Positions 1-8,264 of a DNA stretch of 9,114 nt are shown here, in pieces. The translations under genes and the position numbers were made by a program. Below the pieces are notes generated by a model. The model searched no databases and was not told where the DNA came from. It saw nothing but the letters and a program-made list of their open reading frames with translations. The stretch's first letter is position 1; every line of letters begins with the position of its first letter. Source of the DNA: Azolla caroliniana (Eukaryota > Plantae > Polypodiophyta); assembly GCA_043228905.1 (NCBI GenBank), contig JBHGNT010001386.1, forward strand, positions 1-9,114. The letters are read 5' to 3'.

Positions 1-200
1 AATCTCAGTAAACCTAAAACTTCTGAATCCCAATCTTGGGACATATTGGAATTTTCTTTCCCTTTGCTAATGAAAAATTACTAAATTTTCTCATTCCCAT
101 TAATTGTTAAAAGTATAAACGCACGAATCTAATATCCTCTGTTTGGAGGCCCTGAGGTCTTGCGTCAAATTCATGTATCCTCATCATATTTTCACGACAA

Positions 201-552
201 TGTGTTTACTAACGGCGTAACACTTGAGACGGCTACAACCGAGCTCCTAGTGTGCGTAACCACGCAACTTGTATTCACCTTACACACTTACGTTGATACA
301 GTCACACAGAGACAACAGAGAAGAGACAAGAGATAAGAGACAGAACTTAGAGAAGACCAAAACTATATTAAACGATTGTGCTTAGTATTGTGCTAGCTCT
401 TTATAATGTTCATATGCCCTTTATATACACAGGGCCTAGTCGGTTACGCTTCCCGCCAGAACCATTAAACGCGTTACTTCAACGCTTCTATTATAATTAA
501 TACGCTTCTTTATCATGAGTTATTTACGTGTGTCCTCTTACGGCAAACAACA
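201..552. mobile_element. Isolated LTR of a Ty3/gypsy (probably Tat-like) element
   Basis: Starts TGTGTTT and ends AAACAACA (imperfect terminal inverted repeat, TG..CA). Followed after a 2-nt spacer by a PBS. Contains TATATAAA on the minus strand and shares GGTTGTAGCC (231-240, minus) with the nested LTR (5676-5685, plus). No second copy in the window, so the left edge is inferred. Confidence 0.7.
420..427 (-). promoter_or_regulatory. TATA box of the isolated LTR
   Basis: Plus-strand TTTATATA = TATATAAA on minus, followed on minus by AATATAG and a long CT-rich tract. Confidence 0.55.
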
Positions 553-554
553 CA

Positions 555-571
555 TGGCACGCCTGTGGGAC
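555..571 (+). other. Primer binding site, tRNA-Arg-like
   Basis: TGGCACGCCTGTGGGAC begins 2 nt after the LTR's terminal CA and is nearly identical to the PBS at 7745-7760. It resembles from memory the TGGCACGCCC(A/G)GTGGGAC tRNA-Arg PBS of plant Tat/Retand elements. Confidence 0.8.
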
Positions 572-589
572 AATGCCTTGGCATACTTC

Positions 590-1840
590 CAATTTCCATT
601 GAAAATCCTGTTGAAAATGATTTGTTTTCAACGGGAATCCGATGCAGTGCATCGGATTCCCGTTGAAAACACATCATTTTAAATGGAGAAAATCACAATT
701 TGTTTATTTTTAACACTTTTTTAGAGAAAATTTTTAAACAAACAAGAAAAAGTGGACTTTCAATGGAAATCCGATGCAGTGCATCAGATTTCCGTTGAAA
801 ATCCATTTTTTTCAATTCCTATATATTTATTTATGATAAAAACAAAAACAATTCAAAACAAATACAAAAACAAATTCAAAATATCTGAAAAATTGGAAAC
901 AAATAAGACAAAATGGATTTTCAATAGAAATCCGATGTAGTGCATCGGATTTCTGTTGAAAACCCATTTTTTGCAATTTTTTTTTATTTATTTATGGGAA
1001 AAAATGAGAAAAAATTTAAAAAATACAAAAAAATATTTTAAAATATGAAAATTTGGTAACAAATAGCAAAAAGTGGACTTTCAATAGATATCCGATGCAA
1101 TGCATCGGATTTCCTTTGAAAATTCATTTTTTCAATTTCTATATAGTTATTTATGAGAAAATAGACAAACAAAATAAACAAACAAAAAGTGGATTTTCTA
1201 TGGAAATCCGATGTAGTGCATCGGATTTCCATTGAAAATCTGTTTTTTCAATATTTATTTATTTTTTATAGAAAAAATTCAAAAAAATAAAATAAAATAA
1301 AGGAAATTTGGAAAAAAATACGTAAAAGTGGACTTTCAACCAAAATCCGATGCAGTGCATCGGATTTCCGTTGAAAATCCATTTTTTCAATTTTTATTTA
1401 TTTTTTTATGGGAAAAATAAAAACAAATTCAAAAACAATTCAAAAAATAAGAAAATTTTCAAAAAAATAAGAGAAATTGGATTTTCAATTGAATCCGATG
1501 CACGGAATTGGATTTCCATTGAAATCTAATTTGTCAATTTTTATTTATTTATTTACGAGTAAAATAAAAAATGTTTATTTATTTATTTATGGGAAAATGT
1601 TTTATTTTTTCAATTTGTATTTATTTATGTATTTTCGGGAAATCCATGCAATGTATCATATTTTAGTCGATGTAGCTAGAATTCAATGCAATGCATTAAA
1701 ATGCAAGAGTATTTTTTTAATGGAAATTTTTAAAAAATTCCAAGACTTACAGGAATCTGATGCATTATATCCAATTCTAGATGTATAGATTAAAATTCGA
1801 CATGTTGCATCAAATCTAGATGGAATGAATCAGATTTCTG
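590..1840. repeat. Tandem array of palindromic units, core TTTCAAYRGRAATCCGATGCA-N-TGCATCGGATTYCYRTTGAAA, in A/T-rich spacers
   Basis: Palindrome centres at about 647, 779, 940, 1100, 1216, 1355 and 1503; degenerate copies near 1651, 1691, 1765, 1806 and 1824. The first unit (623-671) is a perfect inverted repeat with 24-bp arms and a 1-nt centre. Confidence 0.93.
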
Positions 1841-2608
1841 TACGACATCAAAGGCTTACTATGAGAATCTAAGAAAAATGGAAAACATCTTTAAGACATT
1901 TTTTAGATTCTAATGATTTTGGTAGAAAGCTTCTCTCACATAATCTAATCTTGTAAATGGAAAGTACATAATGAAATATCATAACCAAAAAGTGAGGAGG
2001 AAAGATGCATCAAGCACATCTACTCTTACATTGGATAATGTTTATATATTAGTGTATGACTTATCTTTGACCAAAACAAGTTATCTGTGACAGACCACAA
2101 TGAAGATACTAAAAGAGGATCTGGAATGTGGCTTCAGACACAACACAAAGACAAAGAAGAAGCATGGCTCATAAACTCGATGAGGTTGGATTGCAATTGG
2201 ATCAACACAATGCATTAGTTGCCATTGATGATGAGGATGAGACCTCATAAACTCATACTAGTTCATCTAATGGGTATGAAGATGATGACATAAACTTGAA
2301 AAATGATTGTCCTGATACGTTAACGATAAATATTGTATTGCACATCAAGATTTGGATTCAGAATTTCTGTAAATATTGGGGTTAGTCATTTTGGACATTC
2401 ATTTGTAAGTTTGGCATGTCCATTATTTAGGCATTTTTTTGAACACCTAAATTTCTGTACATGTTAAAAATCAATATATTTTTGGGTCATTTTTAAAATT
2501 CCTTTACGCATGCAACACCCCTTATTGTGAATCACCCTAATTTGTGTCATTTTTTGATGGACAGTTCTCAAAATGGGACATATTACCTGTTTCAAATGTC
2601 CTGGTGTT

Positions 2609-3226
2609 AAATGCTTCTGCAAACTCATTGATACTTAGACCAATCCTAGCATTGCGGATCGTAACTTTATTCACTGGTTGAAGATCTTGTATAAACCTTA
2701 AGGTTCCATTCTTCTTTGGTACCGTGAACCAGTTATTCGAGTAAGGGGCATTTGATGGCTCCAGAATTCCCATCTCAACCTTCTCTTTCAAGAGCTTGAT
2801 TAATTTTGGAATGTTCGCTCTTGGGACTGGTATTGGCTTCAAGTTCCACGACACATGTGGTATTGTGAATACCATAATCGGTTTTATCATCCTTGGATTG
2901 GTGCATCCTATTTCATTTGGATGGAATGCAAATGCTTTCCCATGTCTTTTGAGCATTTCCCGAAATGCGACTTCCTCTTCTAGCAACAAAAAATCATCTT
3001 TCTCGGCACAAAACTTTTCTCTTGTCTCTTTACTGAAGGCATGTCTGATTCCTCTCGGATCCCATAGGCTTGGATCTTGTGCAACTTCATTCATCCTTTG
3101 ACAACTATCCTCAAATAGTGGAATAGCAACATGCTTTACTTTCTTGTCCACTGTTTTGTATTTCGTATTAGCTTCGACATTCTCTGCCATGATACTTTGA
3201 TTATACTCGTCAATGGCGACATACAT
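2609..3226 (-). pseudogene. pol: Reverse transcriptase, N-terminal part only
   Basis: LLKEKVEMGILEPSNAPYSNNWFTVPKKNGTLRFIQDLQPVNKVTIRN is the conserved start of a gypsy RT. Similarity stops after EFAEAF, before the catalytic aspartates. Confidence 0.93.
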
Positions 3227-3579
3227 CTCGATGGAGTTTATCTGAATTGATCGCTAGCTACGAGGGCCCAAGTTCACGAAATTCTCCATTCCTCCAATGG
3301 TGTTGTTAAATGAGGCTTCCTCCATAACCCATTCGATGCTTTCATCACTTTCCAATATTTGTTCTTCTCGTAAAGCTTCCTTGAAGCTTTGCATCGGAGA
3401 CTTCTCTTCTTTGTCAAACGTGTTGATTTTGCACACTCCATTAGGGGCTACGTACAACCCTCCTTTTGCAAATTTGAACTTTTCTTTCTTCTTGGGGCAT
3501 ACACTTCTTTGGACTATTCACACTCCGCTTGCAACCTGAAGCATCTTCTCCGAGACTTTCCCGATTCCTTTCATGATTG

Positions 3580-3985
3580 GCACGTATAGTCAAGAACTGT
3601 ACGGCCTTCTTCCCATCAAGACTCCTTATTCGAGAAAATGCCGCACCATTATCGAACACTTTGGTTTCCATACGGGATGATATTATGTAGAATTTCCCAA
3701 GAATGATAGGATGGGATGTTGAATCTTGAACAAAAAAATGTTGATCTATCTCGACGTTGCCAATCATCATGGGGATATTAGGACATGCACCATAGAGGTC
3801 TTCGGTAGATTTCGTTGCCGCATGGATCTTCCACCCATGATTCGTATTTATGGGCCATCTTCCTTTTTGTAGACCTCAGTCGATATACGGTTGATCTTGT
3901 ACCCATGGTCTATTAAAGCTACGACTGTATCTTTTCTCTCTCCCAACTTTACTAACATCTCCGTCGTCGCTCGTGCCCAATGAGG
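3580..3985 (-). pseudogene. pol: Retropepsin-like aspartic protease, frameshifted
   Basis: VVALIDHGYKINRIS (DHG at 3902-3910) and downstream IGNVEIDQHFFVQDSTSHPIILGKFYI, split over ORFs 3848-4036 and 3441-3770. Confidence 0.85.
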
Positions 3986-4022
3986 CCGAGTATAATGGTT
4001 GTCCACCATATCATTATTGACT

Positions 4023-5026
4023 TCATCCCCTGCCATCGTTATGGATTTTTCTTTTGCTTCTTATGGCTTCTCTTCTTCCCCATCTGACTTTCGCCTTTTT
4101 CTCCTTCAAGGTCCACGATCGTACCATGAATTCCTTCTTCCTAATGCCAAACAATTCCCTCAAGGACAAGGTCACATGGCTATCAAGAACACGGTCCTTG
4201 AGAATTTTCTTCAAATTGGTCATTTGTGCTATGTCCGACCATAGGTTATAGGTAGGCATAGTTCTTGTCTTCCGAGCGAGGTCTTCGACGTCAACCCTCA
4301 TGAGCCGAACCATTTCTTCGACTCGTTTGCTCGACTCCCCTTTCCGGCTTGAGTCTCCATCCTTCGTTCGTAAAGCTCGACTTGCCTCTGCATCTTCTTT
4401 CTTTTCTGTGCTCCTTGTTTCATGTCTTTTTGATGGGTTTTCTTGCTCTTCTATTCTTTTTCTCTTTTCATCCACGAGCACCTCGTGCTTGTGACACATC
4501 ACTTCTGCAAGTATGGTGTTGTCATCTAATGGATCCGACCATCCAGTTATCTTTGCACACTTTGGTCCACAAGCTCTACATCGTCTGAAGTAACTTTGCC
4601 CTTTTTCTTACACTCTAGAATAGAAGACCAAAACTTTCCCAACTCTTATTCCGGTCAATGCAGCATAGTGCATCGCATCCACATGAGTCGCGTCGGCATC
4701 TTACATAACTTTCTTCATTCCCCCTCTTCCGAAATTCACCCTCAAGGGTCTTCTGGTTTCATTCGAGCAGATCATGTTGCCATCCATGTATAGGATATTT
4801 TGTCGAAAGGCCTCTCGAAGGTCGAACAGACCCTTCTCATGTGGTCCATGTTGTCGCACCACACACATCTAAAGGGTTCTTTTCCTTTCGGGCCTCGACG
4901 ATTCATGTTCGCTAGTGTGACTGTCTCGAACTTCTTCTCTCCAATTCTTCAATGATGTCATCATCAATCTTCTTTTCATCTGGGTTGCTTTGTTTGGGCG
5001 ACTCAGTCACCTTTGGTTATCTCAGT

Positions 5027-5061
<35 letters not shown>

Positions 5062-5309
5062 AATCCTGCCAAGTCAGTGTCATGAACCCATTGACGACGC
5101 TTGTCGAGCCTGTTGCATGCTCACTTCACTGCAATCCAGTCTGCCACAAGCCCCTTCTCTTGGGTATCATCTTCGAGGAGAGTCTAGAATTCTCGTCTAT
5201 CCTTCATATCCACAGCTTTCAAGAAGTAAAAAGTCTTGTCCTCCTCAAGCAACACTTCGTTCGTGGCGGGGAGATGATTAAACATCTGGTCAAACTCGTC
5301 GTATAACCT
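4023..5309 (-). pseudogene. gag: Gag C-terminal part, zinc knuckle and Gag-protease linker
   Basis: Manual translation LYDEFDQMFNHLPATNEVLLEEDKTFYFLKAVDMKDRREF*TLLEDD..W, then CVWCDNMDHMRRVC (CX2CX4HX4C, 4826-4867), then a charged linker (ORF 4023-4502). Confidence 0.85.
5028..5059 (+). repeat. C32 homopolymer (G32 on the gag strand)
   Basis: 32 consecutive C residues. Confidence 0.97.
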
Positions 5310-5805
5310 TGTTATCCATGGGACAAAAAGATAAATTAGTTAAATATAATACGACGGTAGGTAAGGTTAGTAGGTGAGGAAGGTAGAGTTTAGGAAAACG
5401 CCGAGCTTCGAGCCTCACAGTCAGTGGACGGCTCGGCTTTGTATGAACAAAAAGTATATAAACCGAGGTCTGCGTACCTCGGCAAGGGGGGCTACCTAGA
5501 TCATTCTGAGCGAGGGTAATATCATAGGAGCAAGCTCTGTACATATTGTTTCCAGTTGAGGTGGAGTATTGTAATCGCTGTAAGCTTTATCATGAAATAT
5601 AAGTTTCGTCTTTTCTAAACTTCTATTTGTGTATTCTCCCCGTACTCGTAAATCGGGCTACGTTCATACTTAACGGGTTGTAGCCCGTGTACGATCCGTG
5701 TTCTCCATTTTTTCCCCGTGTAGAAGAAGCTTCCACGTAACACGATCCCTTGACATCGATAGCTTGTGGGCTCATCGAAGGTGTTTTCCAAAGGAACGGA
5801 TAACA
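5310..5805. repeat. Left LTR of the nested element (496 bp)
   Basis: TGTTATCC...GGATAACA perfect 8-bp terminal inverted repeat; direct repeat of 7763-8259 at roughly 93% identity by manual count. Confidence 0.96.
5455..5462 (+). promoter_or_regulatory. TATA box in the nested LTR (also present in the right LTR)
   Basis: TATATAAA conserved in both LTRs; downstream AAATATAAG plus a T-rich tract (~5595-5635) resembles a plant poly(A) region. Confidence 0.6.
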
Positions 5806-5812
5806 ACCCTCC
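5806..5812 (-). other. Short candidate polypurine tract of the nested element
   Basis: Minus strand reads TTTGGAGGGT immediately before the LTR. The position fits a PPT if the PBS defines polarity, but only 6 purines are present. Confidence 0.45.
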
Positions 5813-5861
5813 AAAGGTGTTCTCCACCAAGGAAACAAAGGGAGAAGATTTTGGCGCTCTA

Positions 5862-7647
5862 ATGGGTGAAATCAAACCTCACGAGGATCAAGCCTTACAA
5901 AAGATAGGACGGAAGAAGCAAGCATAGAATGCTTCGCTCCTCATGGAACTACCAGATCTGAACATGGCCTTAGTTGAGGCATATCGCAATCTACACCACA
6001 CTACTCAGGCAGCCAAGGACATGGCCTGACATATCAAAACGGTCCATCAGCAAGCCAAACGGGCTACTGAGCTATGGCAAGCTGCCGAGGAGAAACTTGC
6101 GACATTCAAGCAGCAACAACCGCCCTTAAGCCTCCTTGCGCAGAGTGACGTTGTCTCACCAGCCACTCTTCCGAACTTGAGCCCGAGTGCTGAAGGTACC
6201 GCCCACCCCAGGGTAGCCACGGTCGAGGCCAGCACAATGAAGGACTCGGTACAGACAAGTGAACCATTGTCACGAGCAGATATGAGCCTGCACCCCCAAA
6301 CCAGCCAAGCCTCCACGCAAACGCCACCACCCTCCGTTGTCATGGAACGATCTACACAGATAGACAGGGAGCCCTCGCCCCAAATCCAGCAAGCGGCAAC
6401 CTAGACAGGGCCTCCTCTCCAGGACTACCAGGAGGAGCTTCAGGCCCAGATCGCTCTGGCCGAGTTGGCAGAACAGAACCACAATAACATTCTTGGCCAG
6501 CTAAGGGAACAAGCCACAAGCCGCGAAGCGAACCTCAAGCGACTGCTTGCTGAAAGGTCGGGCGCGCTTGAAGTATGAGAATGAGAGGTGATGACCCTTC
6601 AGGTCTCTATCATTGAGGCCAAAGAATGTTTCCTCAAAGAAGCCGAGTGGAATAGCCAACGGGAACAAGAGCTCTTGGAGAACAACCAAGAATTACGACG
6701 TCATCAAAGAGCCTTACAAGACATGGCCAACGAACATATGCAAAAATGGAGGATTTCGGAAGAGCAAAGGGAAAAAATTTCCGATGCCTATCACCAGTTG
6801 CAAATCGAGCACCTCGCCGCTAAAGAACAACATCGGGATGCTTGGCGACAGGACATGGACGAAATTGTAGCTCAGATCACCACACGCTATGAGCAGACAA
6901 TCACGCTCATCACCGAGAAAGCAAAGGATAATCAAGCTACTTTAGCTACTTTAGCACTCCTCATCTGCAAAAGCTAAGTAAAAGCCAGCATGGAAGGCAC
7001 TGGAAGTTCACCACGGTAGCATCAACATGGATGATACTAAAATCAAGATCCTAATCAACAAGTATCGCCAACAATTCACCATGAAGATCAAAGAAATGCT
7101 TGACCATGTCTGGCAGGGGTGGTCAACCCAAGCCGCGGACCTACACATACTACGCGCGGATGCCGAGAACCGACGGAAGGAGGGCCGAGGTTTTTACAAG
7201 ATGGATGACACCAGCATCCAGACCCTCCGCGAGGACTTAACGGAGGAATATCATGCCTTAGCAGCTTCCCACACCGCGGCCATGGAGCAACTCTTAGAGG
7301 AATTCAACGACGATCTAATGGTGTTTCGCTTAGAAGCCAAAGCGTACAAGGAGGAATGACTCGATACAGTGATTAACAGAGCTCCCACAACCACCGAGCA
7401 AGGACCCGAGTCAACCACCATGGCAGTTAGACCGGAGAAACCTGCCCCTACAGACCTCGACATCCCACCCGAGCCACAGACTATAACCCCGACCCTGCCT
7501 TAATCGGTGCCAACAGAGGAGGGCACAAACGACGACACCGTCATCCCCAATTCGGCAACACAACCTCCATCACCAACCCCACCTGCCGAGCAGCCAGACC
7601 AACCCCATGCCCCCGAGGATATCCTCGGCATATTGGAAGAGTTATAA
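5862..7647 (+). pseudogene. Decayed ~595-codon coiled-coil / low-complexity protein of unknown function (retroelement extra ORF)
   Basis: ORFs 6177-6404 and 6588-6977 share the frame of the ATG at 5862. After one frameshift near 6950-6960 the frame of 7027-7359 continues to TAA at 7645-7647. About 8 internal stops; E/Q/L/A-rich helical blocks alternate with P/T/S-rich linkers. Confidence 0.85.
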
Positions 7648-7744
7648 AACCAACCTATAAGCCCTCGTAGGAACGGGCAATTTTTGTAATTTGTGTTGTT
7701 TTGCCAAATCCTTGTGAATCGTGGGTCCGACGGACAAAGTCCTA

Positions 7745-7760
7745 TCCCACGGGCGTGCCA
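7745..7760 (-). other. Primer binding site, tRNA-Arg-like, of the nested element
   Basis: Minus strand TGGCACGCCCGTGGGA begins 2 nt from the LTR edge at 7763. Confidence 0.85.
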
Positions 7761-7762
7761 GG

Positions 7763-8259
7763 TGTTGTCCATGGGACAAAAGGATAAATTAGTTAAATAT
7801 AATACGACGGTAGGTAAGGTTAGTAGGTGAGGAAGGTAGAGTTTAAGAAAACGCCGAGCTTCAAGCCTCACAGTCAGCCGACAGCTCGGCTCTGTATGAA
7901 CAAAAAGTATATAAACCGAGGTCTGCGTACCTCGGCAGGGGGGGATACCTAGATCATTCTGAGGGAGGGTAATATCATAGGAGCAAGCTTTGTACGTACT
8001 ATTTCCGGATGAGGCCGATTATTGTAATCGTTCTAAGCTTTATCATGAAATATAAGTTTCGTCTTTTCTAAACTTCTATCTGTGTATTCTCCCCGTACTC
8101 GTAAATCGGGCTACGTTCATACTTAACGGGTTGTGGCCTGTGTACGATCCGTGTTCTGCTTTTCTTCCCCCGTGTAGAAGAAGCTTCCACGTAACACGGT
8201 CCCTTGACACCGATAGCTTGTGAGCTCATCAAAGGTGTTTTCCAAAGGAACGGATAACA
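7763..8259. repeat. Right LTR of the nested element (497 bp)
   Basis: TGTTGTCC...GGATAACA; direct repeat of 5310-5805. Confidence 0.96.
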
Positions 8260-8264
8260 ACCCT

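Larger units (their letters stand above)
5310..8259. mobile_element. Nested non-autonomous LTR retroelement, 2950 bp, no recognisable gag or pol
   Basis: Two direct LTRs. Flanks AACCT (5305-5309) and ACCCT (8260-8264) form a 5-bp TSD with one mismatch. Removing the element plus one TSD copy restores host gag in frame (KMSALR-[L/V]-YDEFDQMF). The PBS implies minus orientation; the TATA box and ORF imply plus. Confidence 0.93.

Noticed and set aside
590-1530. CRISPR array
   Set aside because: Spacers are long, variable, low-complexity and similar to each other; there are no cas genes and the context is eukaryotic retroelements.
752-1788. Short ORFs in the palindrome array
   Set aside because: They are translations of the repeat on both strands with K/N/F/I bias.
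2537-2608. C-terminal NTRTFETGNMSHFENCPSKNDTN as part of RT
   Set aside because: Read-through into unrelated DNA past the truncation point.
4952-5306. Polyproline proteins on the plus strand
   Set aside because: Artefact of the C32 run, antisense to gag.
5852-5866. TGGCGCTCTAATGGG as a plus-strand PBS
   Set aside because: It lies ~46 bp from the LTR end inside the open frame, and I cannot match it to a tRNA end beyond TGGCGC.
5290-5875. Minus-strand ORFs over the LTR (also 7500-7871)
   Set aside because: Their shared peptide only reflects the LTR duplication; no domain features.
5862-7647. Stop codons as proof of methylation-driven C-to-T decay
   Set aside because: Any stop codon can be reverted to CAA, CAG or CGA, so this is uninformative without a family consensus.
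7745-7760. tRNA gene
   Set aside because: Only ~16 nt resemble a tRNA 3' end including CCA; no cloverleaf upstream.
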